DNA of 64,000 nt from a virus. Location of the stretch: the UHGV virus genome UHGV-0179428. The stretch is one strand, 5' to 3'. Under the pieces are notes generated by a model. The model did not search any database, was not told where the DNA came from, and was given only the letters and a program-made list of their open reading frames with translations. This document shows, in pieces, positions 19,364 through 28,340 of this stretch (position 1 is its first letter; every line of letters starts with the position of its first letter). The translations under genes and the position numbers were made by a program.

Positions 19364-20669
19364 ATTCCCTAAGCAGTTAACGTATCAGATCGTAACCAAC
19401 CTTTCGTGTAACCTGGACTGCGAATATTGTTACGAACGTAAGTACCCGCGTAACAACAAAGCGGCTGACATTGTTGATTTCTTACACGCCTGTTTTGAAC
19501 GTGATAAAAACGAACCGAATGTTGAAGTTATTATCGACATTATCGGTGGTGAACCGTTCATGCAGCCTAAACTGCTGTTGGCTGCGTTTGAAACCGCTGA
19601 GCAGTTGTGTAAAGAACACAACCGACCGTTTATGTTTAGTATCTCCACGAACGGAACGCTGTTAGATCGTCCGTTGAACCGTGAGATTGTAGAACGTTGG
19701 AAAGATAAACTTTCGGTTGGGGTTTCGATTGATGGCTTACCTGAATCCCATGACCGTTATCGTATCTTCACAACAACACGCCAGGGTTCTTACGAAGCCG
19801 CAGTACGTGGCTATAACTACTTAAAAGAGGTTGGCATTGCAGAGCTCGGCGTAAAAGCAACCTTTACGTTAGAAACGCTGCCGTTCTATGCTGCGGGGAT
19901 GAAGTCATTAATTGACATTACTGGCGGTGGGACAATTTCTGGAAACGTAACTTTCGAAGACGTTATGCCACGTAGCATGGCGACGTCAATCGCTTTACAG
20001 ATGATGGATGTGATAGATTACTGGGTTGAGAAAGGATTACACACCAACCCACGTAATATCCTATCGCATATCATTCCAGAAGGGTTGGATTTCGACACGA
20101 TTTGGGAACCGAACTGGCGTGACCAGTTACTGTATAATGACACCGTACGGTTGAACCCGGAACGCTTACGTCCGTTCTGTGGGACGTTAACGCACATGAC
20201 GTGCTTAGGGTTTGACCGTAAGATCTTTGGCTGTAACCGCTTTATGTCAACGGTAACGTCGCGTTCTGCGGTGTTTGAGTTGGTAGGTCGGGAATTCGTC
20301 AGTCTGGACAACGGTAAATTGTTAGAAGAGATTCAAACGCAATATACCAACTACCCAGAGACCTGTTTAGGTTGTCCGATGAAACACGCTTGTGGTAGCT
20401 GCGCAGCGGCTTCTTACGAGAACGGGGAAGGAACGTTAGAAGACCGTAAAGCGTATCACGCTGAACGACGTCAGTGTGGCTGGACGACAGCGAAACTGAT
20501 GGTGGCGGAATACTGGAAACAGAAGATGGGTACGACGTCAGCAAAAGCGTTCCACGACACGAGTATGTGTTATTGCCCACGCTGTGTTCGTGAACGTGCC
20601 CAAAAGGAAAAATTATTAAGAGAAGCCAAAGATGAAACCAATTCTGATCAACAATATTACGAAGCGTAG
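19347..20669 (+). CDS. radical SAM enzyme with SPASM-like C-terminal Cys cluster (440 aa), anSME/peptide-maturase-like
   Basis: CNLDCEYCY (CxxxCxxC), GGEPF, SIDGLPESHDRYR, C-terminal CLGCPMKHACGSC plus further cysteines; overlaps the previous gene by 17 nt. Confidence 0.8.
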   Translation: MSQVNEFPKQLTYQIVTNLSCNLDCEYCYERKYPRNNKAADIVDFLHACFERDKNEPNVEVIIDIIGGEPFMQPKLLLAAFETAEQLCKEHNRPFMFSISTNGTLLDRPLNREIVERWKDKLSVGVSIDGLPESHDRYRIFTTTRQGSYEAAVRGYNYLKEVGIAELGVKATFTLETLPFYAAGMKSLIDITGGGTISGNVTFEDVMPRSMATSIALQMMDVIDYWVEKGLHTNPRNILSHIIPEGLDFDTIWEPNWRDQLLYNDTVRLNPERLRPFCGTLTHMTCLGFDRKIFGCNRFMSTVTSRSAVFELVGREFVSLDNGKLLEEIQTQYTNYPETCLGCPMKHACGSCAAASYENGEGTLEDRKAYHAERRQCGWTTAKLMVAEYWKQKMGTTSAKAFHDTSMCYCPRCVRERAQKEKLLREAKDETNSDQQYYEA

Positions 20670-21204
20670 AATTCGACTTCTGGATAAGTTTCTGGAAAAC
20701 AGTAAGCTATTTGGTTGTTATGTGGTGATTAACGGTGAAGATTTTACCGATGACGTAAAACGCTTGCTGATTCGTCACGGTGTGACTGTAATCATCCCAA
20801 TGTACTGCACCGAACTTACTGACCTGTCGGTCGCGGAAATTGAAAAACGTAACCCAGGGTTTGAAGAACGGGTATTGGATTTCCCACGTCACAAAATTGC
20901 GTTTCTACGCCGCTCTTTAAGCGAACCCAGCGCAGAATCTATCACTGTGTTGGCATTGTCCTTCCCCGGCATTACTATCTTCGCAACACGTAACCCGAAC
21001 TCACCGATTGATGGGTTTTACGATGAGCGGGAGAAATTTAATACCGTGATTTTTCCTGAGCTAACGCCAGAAGAATGCCAGGGTATCCGTATCGATTGGG
21101 AATCGGACTTCGACACAAGATTCCGTCATATCGATTTTGAACTGTTAATCGAATTAGGGTTGATTAAAGGAGACGATGAATGTCTGCTACTGGTGAAGGC
21201 TTAA
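20632..21204 (+). CDS. hypothetical protein (190 aa)
   Basis: ORF overlapping the 3' end of the SPASM gene by 38 nt; no motif recognised. Confidence 0.6.
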   Translation: MKPILINNITKRRIRLLDKFLENSKLFGCYVVINGEDFTDDVKRLLIRHGVTVIIPMYCTELTDLSVAEIEKRNPGFEERVLDFPRHKIAFLRRSLSEPSAESITVLALSFPGITIFATRNPNSPIDGFYDEREKFNTVIFPELTPEECQGIRIDWESDFDTRFRHIDFELLIELGLIKGDDECLLLVKA

Positions 21205-21851
21205 CGAAAGAAGAAATCCGTCGCCGTTATTTTGCGCATGATTTACCGATTGACCGTCATGGTAACTACATGGAGAAAATCGGTAGCGAAGATCACGGCC
21301 GTACAGGGTTTTGTGCGTTACTGCACTATAAGCTGATTGATGGGATGTCTGATCGCGAAGCATTGGAACAAATGCGTAACTACGACATGTCTGAAATCGA
21401 AGCACGGTTTACGCTACAGAAAGCGAAAGACTTTGTTAACGACACGTTGGGAATCGACCTGGAAGAAATTCGTACAGGTTTACGTTCCACGGTGCGGTAC
21501 ATCTTTACCGATGTTCAGAAAATTCTAAGCGCTCTGGAATTCCGTTATCAGGATGCACGCTATGCTGAGATTCAGGTAGGTGATTTCACTTTCCAGGCAG
21601 ATGAGAAGTCACAGGTAGCATTGAGTCGTTATATCCAGTCAGAAACTGCGCCAGCGTATTGGTTAACGGCTAACAACACCCGTATCGAACCGTTTACGTT
21701 AGAACAGTGCAAGACGTTGCTGGCAGCAATCGTTGAGCGTGATCAAAGACTACATCACGCAATGTCTGAGCAGAAAAGAGAAGTCAGGGCTTGGGCTGAA
21801 GCACGTGATTACGATTCGATAAAAGCGTTTGCGTTAGAGCAAGGGCTGTAA
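21180..21851 (+). CDS. hypothetical protein (223 aa)
   Basis: ORF with AAAGGAG RBS; last gene of the plus-strand block. Confidence 0.7.
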   Translation: MSATGEGLTKEEIRRRYFAHDLPIDRHGNYMEKIGSEDHGRTGFCALLHYKLIDGMSDREALEQMRNYDMSEIEARFTLQKAKDFVNDTLGIDLEEIRTGLRSTVRYIFTDVQKILSALEFRYQDARYAEIQVGDFTFQADEKSQVALSRYIQSETAPAYWLTANNTRIEPFTLEQCKTLLAAIVERDQRLHHAMSEQKREVRAWAEARDYDSIKAFALEQGL

Positions 21852-21874
21852 TCGACAGCGAAAAAAAAATAGTA

Positions 21875-21915
21875 TACCTACCTCCCGTAATAGGAGGTAG
21901 GTATTTTTATTTTTC
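21875..21915. terminator. bidirectional rho-independent terminator at the strand-switch point
   Basis: Perfect hairpin TACCTACCTCC-CGTAAT-AGGAGGTAGGTA flanked by an A-run upstream and TTTTTATTTTT downstream, between convergent gene blocks. Confidence 0.75.
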
Positions 21916-21930
21916 TGTTGTTGATTTTCA

Positions 21931-22461
21931 TTAGGCTGGAGTAAAACCGTCAAGTTCACTATTTAACGTTGACATGTCCGTAACAACACGTAGCGTCAGT
22001 GTGCACAAAGACCCAGGTTGAAATTTGAGATTACCACCTTTAACGTTACAGTTATACAGGGCTGTAGATTCTGTTACTGCGCCTTTAGCGATTATAACCT
22101 CACCTACCGCAAACTCATCGTCAACCCAACCGCGTTTCTGAATCAGCTCGTTGAGAATAGCGACAATCTGATCGTTATTCTTTTCAAGTTCTTCAGCAGT
22201 GGCTACATTGTAAGTTTGTGGGCCTAAAACATTAACCCCGGGAATTCGGGTATAGTGGAATACTTTAGAGCCTGTGAAATTTGCAGATGTGGGCCGTGCG
22301 GTGAGCGTTACTTGCGCGTTGCGGGAACTACCAGGTTCTGTAGGCTGGTAGTTGGCAACGCCTTCACCAAAGTCAACATCCTCTAAAGTCAGTGGTGCTT
22401 GAAGCTGATTGTTTTTAAGGTTTATTAAATCAATCAGCTGTTGTTCAGTGCTTTTAGCCAT
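21931..22461 (-). CDS. ELDGFT-family paralog (176 aa), probable virion-associated protein
   Basis: N-terminus QQLIDLINLKNNQL...LTLEDVDFG, C-terminal ELDGFTPA; paralogous to the two ORFs upstream. Confidence 0.75.
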   Translation of the reverse strand: MAKSTEQQLIDLINLKNNQLQAPLTLEDVDFGEGVANYQPTEPGSSRNAQVTLTARPTSANFTGSKVFHYTRIPGVNVLGPQTYNVATAEELEKNNDQIVAILNELIQKRGWVDDEFAVGEVIIAKGAVTESTALYNCNVKGGNLKFQPGSLCTLTLRVVTDMSTLNSELDGFTPA

Positions 22462-22529
22462 GGTAGCGATTTCTCTATCGTGAACTAAAAGATCTGGGGG
22501 TTAACACCCCCAGACGGTTCTTTTGGGAT

Positions 22530-23060
22530 TTAGGACGTAAAGCCGTCCAGCTCACCGTTGGTGGTAGCCAGGTCAATACGTTTGTCTTCCACTTTCGGGG
22601 TAATAACAAACGTTGCCATTACACCTGGTTTATAACGGAGGTTCTTTTCAGTAACAGTACACGTTACCGTACGCAGAGTAACGTTTTCATGTTCGTCTTT
22701 CTGGTCTTCGGTAGAATAAGAAACGTCCGCTGGATGAATAGCATCGTCCGGTTTAACTTTATTGATGTAATATTGTAACCATGCGCGCAATTCGTTTTGA
22801 TCTTCCCAACGAGACAGATCGTCAGTTAGTTCAATACGACCTACAACACCCGGTTCCAGACGATCGTAATGCAGTTCGATTGCGCCTTTGAAATTCTCAG
22901 AACCTGGTAGTGCAGTCATGGTAACTTTGGTATTCTTACCTTCGCCTTCCAGCGCAGTAGGGAGACCAAAGGACACTTCTTTATCAGTAATCTGATGTGG
23001 TAGCTCAGTGTTAGCAGCATTATAAAGCGCGACCAACATCATCTGGTTAGTAGCGGCCAT
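22530..23060 (-). CDS. ELDGFT-family paralog (176 aa)
   Basis: C-terminal GELDGFTS; same architecture as neighbours. Confidence 0.75.
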   Translation of the reverse strand: MAATNQMMLVALYNAANTELPHQITDKEVSFGLPTALEGEGKNTKVTMTALPGSENFKGAIELHYDRLEPGVVGRIELTDDLSRWEDQNELRAWLQYYINKVKPDDAIHPADVSYSTEDQKDEHENVTLRTVTCTVTEKNLRYKPGVMATFVITPKVEDKRIDLATTNGELDGFTS

Positions 23061-23125
23061 TATCTTAGATCCTTAATAATACGTTTTAAAGAAATATCGG
23101 GGGAGGACACCCCCCCCCGATTCAA

Positions 23126-23668
23126 TTACTCTTTAGGACTCGGTGCAGTGAAGCCCTCGAGCTCACCATCCAGGCTGTCCAGAGCTACCTTCTGAGGAGC
23201 CGGTACACGGTACTGGTAATTTGCAATCATACCAGCCTGGAACTTGATATGACCTTCTTTTACCTGTACAGTATAGTTGAAACCGCCTTCACCTGCATCA
23301 GTTTTCTGGATTTCCAGTTCTTCTGCGATAAAGGCATCATCGACATAACCTTTAGTAATCATGTCGGCATTCAGTGCAGCTACGATAACATCGTTAGCGA
23401 CATCAGTAGTTGCATCAGTAACGGTTTTCACACCGATTAAAGATTCGGCGACCAGACGGATATAATGGAACTCTTTGCTTCCGGTAAAGTTAGCGCTTTC
23501 GTCTTTTGCAGTCAGGACAACTTTAGTATTACGGTTGTCATCTTCGCCAGAAGGACTATAAAGTTCTACAGTACCGAAATTAACATCGCCAACAGTCAGT
23601 TGGTGTTCCAGGGAACCGTTTTTGGCATTAACGGCGTCAATAAGTTGCTGTTGAAAAGCTTTAGCCAT
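23126..23668 (-). CDS. ELDGFT-family paralog (180 aa)
   Basis: N-terminus QQLIDAVNAKNGSL, C-terminal GELEGFTAP. Confidence 0.75.
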   Translation of the reverse strand: MAKAFQQQLIDAVNAKNGSLEHQLTVGDVNFGTVELYSPSGEDDNRNTKVVLTAKDESANFTGSKEFHYIRLVAESLIGVKTVTDATTDVANDVIVAALNADMITKGYVDDAFIAEELEIQKTDAGEGGFNYTVQVKEGHIKFQAGMIANYQYRVPAPQKVALDSLDGELEGFTAPSPKE

Positions 23669-23808
23669 CGTTTTTACCTCGTGTGTGGCAGGGTGGATTG
23701 CATAGTATTGTTCGGATTATAGAAGTGGTGTTAATTGTTATGACAGACGGCAGTAAGGCTTGTCTGTAAAAATATTTTTTTAAACTTTTTATAAAAAAGG
23801 TGAAAAGT

Positions 23809-24291
23809 ATGATAAAGCGTTTTCTTATCGTTTTGGTTGGTGTTTTTTCGTTGGCAGGATGTGCTTTACAACCGAATAGTAACGGTCAATTCTCGACTGT
23901 GCCGGTGGAGCCACATGACATGGTTATTTACACCTGTATGGGTGTAGAGCAAGATTTTGCGAATTACAAACCTGTCGTCAGCTCGACTAACCTCATGTTA
24001 GGGTCAGTAACCGTACTCGATACTGGTGCTAATTGGGTAGCCACTTGGCCAAACGGTAAGATTGAGTCGCCACAACTTTATAAAGACTTATTAGGTAAAG
24101 TTAATGGGAATATTGATCCTATCACTGGACAACGTTACTACCGTGTAAATGGTTTACTTTCAAAAACACCAACATTTGCGTATTCTACTTTGGAATATAA
24201 AACGGGTGATGGTAAAGGCATTACTTTCTTCCGCTGTATAGAAGGTGTAGCGCCTGACACTGGAACAATGCTCCATCCTGCGGAACAATAA
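23809..24291 (+). CDS. predicted lipoprotein (about 160 aa)
   Basis: ATG at 23809 after AAGGTG; signal peptide with lipobox LAGC (MIKRFLIVLVGVFSLAGC); only plus-strand gene inside the minus block. Confidence 0.7.
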   Translation: MIKRFLIVLVGVFSLAGCALQPNSNGQFSTVPVEPHDMVIYTCMGVEQDFANYKPVVSSTNLMLGSVTVLDTGANWVATWPNGKIESPQLYKDLLGKVNGNIDPITGQRYYRVNGLLSKTPTFAYSTLEYKTGDGKGITFFRCIEGVAPDTGTMLHPAEQ

Positions 24292-24297
24292 AAACTA

Positions 24298-24333
24298 CCC
24301 TACTCCCGATAAGGAGTAGGGTATATTCATTTT
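24298..24333. terminator. bidirectional terminator between the convergent lipoprotein and peptidase genes
   Basis: Hairpin CCCTACTCC-CGATAA-GGAGTAGGG followed by TATATTCATTTT. Confidence 0.6.
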
Positions 24334-24406
24334 AACCGCCAAATAGTGCGTAAAACGCATTCTAAGCGTCTTTATACAAAATGAGGTATAAACACCTTAG
24401 AAATAG

Positions 24407-24922
24407 TTAAATATCGACTATGGCGCTCCAATCGATTGGTTTTTGCTTAACAACTTTCACAGTACCACGATTTGGTGACCAGAAAGTAATGTTAGGCTGG
24501 TTACGAACGTCGATGTGCAACCAACTGATGTCACATTCAATAAAGTGAATGAACGGAAACTCGTCAGGGTTAGCAGCGATATAGTCGTGGACCTGTTTTA
24601 CGGTGCTATCCAACAACGTTGCATCAATGGCGTTACCGAATTTGTGTTGACTTCCTGAATCGGCGTAAAGCTGCAATGCACGTTGTTTATAACTACCACC
24701 CTTAGGCTTTTCTTGATTAATAAAGAAATCTAAGGTTCTTAGTCCGCGTTGCTGTGCGGCAGTTGAGTTAATCACCATTCTACCGAAACGGTTACGAATC
24801 TGTTGTAGGGAAATCATTAGCAACGGATTCATAAACCGAATTGCGGAATCGCCGTATTTGGCAATGTAGGACTGTGGTACTAACTCTCTGAGTTTAAAGT
24901 TACTCGGATTTGGATGAAACAT
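24407..24922 (-). CDS. peptidase M15-like (D-Ala-D-Ala carboxypeptidase fold) cell-wall hydrolase
   Basis: Motif DSGSQHKFGNAIDA matches the S.H..G.A.D zinc-peptidase signature; sits in the lysis neighbourhood. Confidence 0.5.
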   Translation of the reverse strand: MFHPNPSNFKLRELVPQSYIAKYGDSAIRFMNPLLMISLQQIRNRFGRMVINSTAAQQRGLRTLDFFINQEKPKGGSYKQRALQLYADSGSQHKFGNAIDATLLDSTVKQVHDYIAANPDEFPFIHFIECDISWLHIDVRNQPNITFWSPNRGTVKVVKQKPIDWSAIVDI

Positions 24923-25574
24923 CTTCCCTCCCAGACAGAAATGCTCGTTTGATGTTCAGGTATTTGACATTAACGGGACAATCTGTGGTGATATCAATAC
25001 GTTCGTGGTCAGGGATTGCAGGTTCCTTAAACTCGCGAACGAATAAATAGTTTCGATTGTAATCTAACGTACGAAACGCGTTAGTGTTGTAGGATGGCTT
25101 TGCATTAGGATCTACGTAGGCATCCCAGCCGAATTCAACAACGGCCTTATAAAATGTTTGGCAGATATAAGGCGAGATTTCCAACGACTGCATAATACGC
25201 AGGAACGTTAAGTCAGAAAACTCTTTGTCGATAAAACGCGAAACGTTACCACCCGGTGTCATGGGATAGCTACGCTCCGTGTTACATTTTTGATAAAGTA
25301 GGTCGTGAATGCAGGCCGCAGGTGCCCACGGTCCGTCAGGATGAAAAATTCCCTGGAGGTGTTCAGGAATTGACGCTAAATCGGTAACGAACCCTTTCGG
25401 TGCCGTTAACCACAGTTGTGTGTCAGGCAATACACCTGTTAAATAAACCGCACGGTCTAAGTGTACGTGGTCGTGATAAATTTCACGTAACGTAAACGGA
25501 TAATGGTAATCCTCCGTTAATACAAACCACTTATTGTCTAAACGTTTATATTGAAGCTTCTCCATTACCCACAC
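24900..25574 (-). CDS. DUF1353-like protein (224 aa)
   Basis: FVTDLASIP ... IHDLLYQ motifs typical of DUF1353; overlaps the downstream gene by 23 nt. Confidence 0.5.
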   Translation of the reverse strand: MWVMEKLQYKRLDNKWFVLTEDYHYPFTLREIYHDHVHLDRAVYLTGVLPDTQLWLTAPKGFVTDLASIPEHLQGIFHPDGPWAPAACIHDLLYQKCNTERSYPMTPGGNVSRFIDKEFSDLTFLRIMQSLEISPYICQTFYKAVVEFGWDAYVDPNAKPSYNTNAFRTLDYNRNYLFVREFKEPAIPDHERIDITTDCPVNVKYLNIKRAFLSGREDVSSKSE

Positions 25575-25681
25575 CTTCCCTTATAGAAACCAGAAAAATT
25601 CGTATCCACGTTTTTCGTCTTTACGTTTCCGCCCAGACGTTAACGCCTTCCACAATAACGCTAAGAGTTTAGCAAACCAGT

Positions 25682-26272
25682 TCATTTTACTAACCCCGCC
25701 TTCGCCACATAATCCGGCATTTCCCTGAACACACGTGCGTACCAACCGTAAGCGAATTTTTCATTCTTCTTACGCTTTTCGGAGATTTCTGTGTAGTAAG
25801 TTACCTGGTGTGAGATTAATGCAAAGATTAAGATGCCTAATCCTTCGTCTTTACGGTATTTCAGATAAGCATTCAGGGCACCTAGCGTTTTAGGCCCCAT
25901 CCCCCCGTCGGTGTCAATATCTGCGTAAAGCTTCCCTTCGTTATTTAAAACGTTGAGAATACGTTGTAACGATTTCACACAGTTAACGCGGCCAGAGTTA
26001 ATAGCAAAATCAAACATCCGGTCTGCGAGCAAGGGTGAGATAGCGAAAATCTCATCGAGTTTAAGTTTCTTCCACCAACCGCGATCGTAAATATCAAACG
26101 CCTGCGCACGGGTCAGATCCTTCATTCTTCCTTTATACCCGTATTCGCGTGCAGTTGTTAGTGTTACACCGTGACAGGTTTCCCCACCTTTATCGTCGGG
26201 GTCGTTCACGTACCCACCTTCTAAATCTGTTTTCGAAGCAATAATACCTTCTTTAGTCCAACGTTCGGCCAT
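25682..26272 (-). CDS. endolysin, glycoside hydrolase family 108 with C-terminal peptidoglycan-binding region
   Basis: N-terminal LEGGYVNDPDDKGGETCHGVT is the GH108 signature; strong RBS AAAGAGGAG. Confidence 0.75.
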   Translation of the reverse strand: MAERWTKEGIIASKTDLEGGYVNDPDDKGGETCHGVTLTTAREYGYKGRMKDLTRAQAFDIYDRGWWKKLKLDEIFAISPLLADRMFDFAINSGRVNCVKSLQRILNVLNNEGKLYADIDTDGGMGPKTLGALNAYLKYRKDEGLGILIFALISHQVTYYTEISEKRKKNEKFAYGWYARVFREMPDYVAKAGLVK

Positions 26273-26285
26273 TTTGTTTAACTCC

Positions 26286-26328
26286 TCTTTTACACAAAAA
26301 AAGAAAAGAGGGTGGGATTACCCCACCC
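26286..26328 (-). terminator. rho-independent terminator downstream of gene 26334-26810
   Basis: Hairpin GGGTGGG-ATTA-CCCCACCC; on the minus strand it is followed by TCTTTTCTTTTTTTG. Confidence 0.6.
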
Positions 26329-26333
26329 TGTCG

Positions 26334-26810
26334 TTATTTCTTCTTAGCGCGTGATGGCTTAGCTGGCGGTGTTTCAACAGTCGGTTTACGCGCAACACGC
26401 ACTGTAAAACCACCGACCCAGGTTAGGCACTCAGGACGGAAGAAAATGCCGTGCTCGATTGCACTGCCGTCCAGCGGTAACTCACCAACCTGCTCTACCC
26501 ATACGTCGTCTTCAGTAAGGGTTAAGCCATACTGCTCGTTAATTACAGGCAACAGGTCCGCAGTCGTGGTTGCTGTCTCAACTAACAGTTTCGGCAATAC
26601 GTTGAGGAAATACAAACCTGCATCGATACGATTATACTGGAACGTTTGCTTATTAGCATAACCGAGATTCTTAACCGCCACAACCGTAATTTCGGTGTTG
26701 TACGCACCGGTACTTACGACGGGCTCACCCAATGTAACTTTGGCGGTGTCAAGCTCAGCGTCTGGGTTAGCCTTTTTAATAAGGTCGAAGATAGTTTCTT
26801 GACTGGTCAT
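26334..26810 (-). CDS. ELDGFT-family-related protein (158 aa)
   Basis: N-terminus ETIFDLIKKANPDAELDTAKVTLGEP resembles the family N-terminus; basic C-terminal tail. Confidence 0.65.
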   Translation of the reverse strand: MTSQETIFDLIKKANPDAELDTAKVTLGEPVVSTGAYNTEITVVAVKNLGYANKQTFQYNRIDAGLYFLNVLPKLLVETATTTADLLPVINEQYGLTLTEDDVWVEQVGELPLDGSAIEHGIFFRPECLTWVGGFTVRVARKPTVETPPAKPSRAKKK

Positions 26811-26823
26811 TACTGTAATCCTC

Positions 26824-27672
26824 TTAATCTAAGAATCCCGGTAAGACCGAATTAGTTTTAGCTAATTCAATCTTCGACTTCGGACGATCGGTTCCGTTAA
26901 AGTGGATTAACAGATTACCGGTCAGGTTAGCACACAGTCCACTGAGTGCGAGTACCAGCACACGCGTGTACTTCGTATTTGCGCCTTCGTAACCTGCGGT
27001 AGGGCCATCGTACATAACCTTGGCACCGTAGAGGTTATTAGCAGCGTTTTTAGGTACGCTTACCCATTTCTCATCAACGACGTTAACCAGTTTAGTGGCT
27101 AACTCAGCCAGGTCGACAGTGTCGTTAATGGTAATCGGATCGAGGTAATCTTTTTCTGCGGTGAAGTCAATTGGATAAGAATAAACCGCTGCGTTACCTT
27201 TCTTAGTGGACGGATACTCTACCAGGTTTTCTAATTGAGTAACAGGTAACAGTTTAGCCAGATCAATAGGATCGCGTAGCGTAAGTGTCACCTCGCCACA
27301 CCATTCGTAGGATTTCTCATTAGCGGTAAACTGATGGGTTTCACCTTCAACTTTCGCATCAATGATATCCGACGGCAGGATATTTAAATCGTATTTTGCG
27401 TTGATTGCATTAAGCAAATCTGCAGCGGTTACAACACCATCGTTACCGAATACCAACTCACCTGTTAGGTATTCGGGCAAGTTACGACGATGATAAGTCA
27501 CAGTTAAAGTAGTAGACTCATCGCCTTTGAGTTTAGAAGTCAGAACCACCTGGGTATCAACCCCAGTACCAGTAGGTTCGCCGATATCAACATCACTGAA
27601 GGTCAATGGCGGAACAATATTGTTTTCAGTGTTGATGAGTTTTAGCAGTTTCTGTTTTGACGTAAGAGACAT
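26824..27672 (-). CDS. ELDGFT-family-related protein (282 aa)
   Basis: N-terminus KLLKLINTENNIVPPLTFSDVDIGEP, C-terminal SVLPGFLD. Confidence 0.7.
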   Translation of the reverse strand: MSLTSKQKLLKLINTENNIVPPLTFSDVDIGEPTGTGVDTQVVLTSKLKGDESTTLTVTYHRRNLPEYLTGELVFGNDGVVTAADLLNAINAKYDLNILPSDIIDAKVEGETHQFTANEKSYEWCGEVTLTLRDPIDLAKLLPVTQLENLVEYPSTKKGNAAVYSYPIDFTAEKDYLDPITINDTVDLAELATKLVNVVDEKWVSVPKNAANNLYGAKVMYDGPTAGYEGANTKYTRVLVLALSGLCANLTGNLLIHFNGTDRPKSKIELAKTNSVLPGFLD

Positions 27673-27780
27673 CGCGTTAACTCACAATAAGTAAAAAAGG
27701 TTTAAGAGGTCGTTTTACATCCCTCAGCCAGCATAGGAATAGTCGAGTAGAGGGTAAGCAAAGTAATGTCAAAATAACAA

Positions 27781-27831
27781 AAAAGAAAAGGCAAAGAAAA
27801 TTAATTCCGCTATAGACCGAAGCCTATAGCG
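27781..27831 (-). terminator. rho-independent terminator downstream of gene 27840-28271
   Basis: Hairpin CCGCTATAG-ACCGAAGC-CTATAGCGG followed on the minus strand by a T-rich run. Confidence 0.55.
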
Positions 27832-27839
27832 GAGTGAGA

Positions 27840-28271
27840 TTAACGAACGTTGTGTGCTAAGTACATCAGAGAACGAGTGTCGGTGTCACGAGAAGTTTGT
27901 GACATCTGGCTCAGTAACTTGTTGGCGGTAGGATCGCTATAAAGACGTTTTAACCATTCGTCAACCATTTCTGGTACAGTGTCGACCAGCAGTGGATAGT
28001 TAAGATTTTCCAGTGTGTATTCAACGAATTCGTGCATCAGATTCTGGTCACGATACATGGTGTCACCTAACTCACCTGCGGGATACTCTTCACGAGGACG
28101 TTTACCCCAGCTACAAATCTCCATATAGGCCGTGTTTACAATCTCTTTGTATTCCTCTAACTTAAGTAAATCGAAGCCAGTATTCGGGCGGCAGAAACCT
28201 ACTAAAACGCTCAGAGCAATAGGGTTGTTACGAACGTAGTTACGGATTTCATCATTTAATACGAAAAACAT
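27840..28271 (-). CDS. hypothetical protein (143 aa), paralog of 29483-29911
   Basis: Strong RBS CCTAAAGGAG; similar to the ORF at 29483-29911 (NDEIRNYVRNNP vs NSDLRDYIRKYP, shared Cys/Trp positions). Confidence 0.7.
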   Translation of the reverse strand: MFFVLNDEIRNYVRNNPIALSVLVGFCRPNTGFDLLKLEEYKEIVNTAYMEICSWGKRPREEYPAGELGDTMYRDQNLMHEFVEYTLENLNYPLLVDTVPEMVDEWLKRLYSDPTANKLLSQMSQTSRDTDTRSLMYLAHNVR

Positions 28272-28340
28272 TTTAATACTCCTTTAGGTAAATACAATAA
28301 TGGAGGGGTGGTAAACCACCCCTTGTACGATTTTAGTTAA

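Noticed and set aside
23700-23730. Possible sigma70-type promoter (TATAAT on the minus strand near 23716-23721) upstream of gene 23126-23668
   Set aside because: The -10 is perfect but no convincing -35 sits at proper spacing; too weak to report as a feature.
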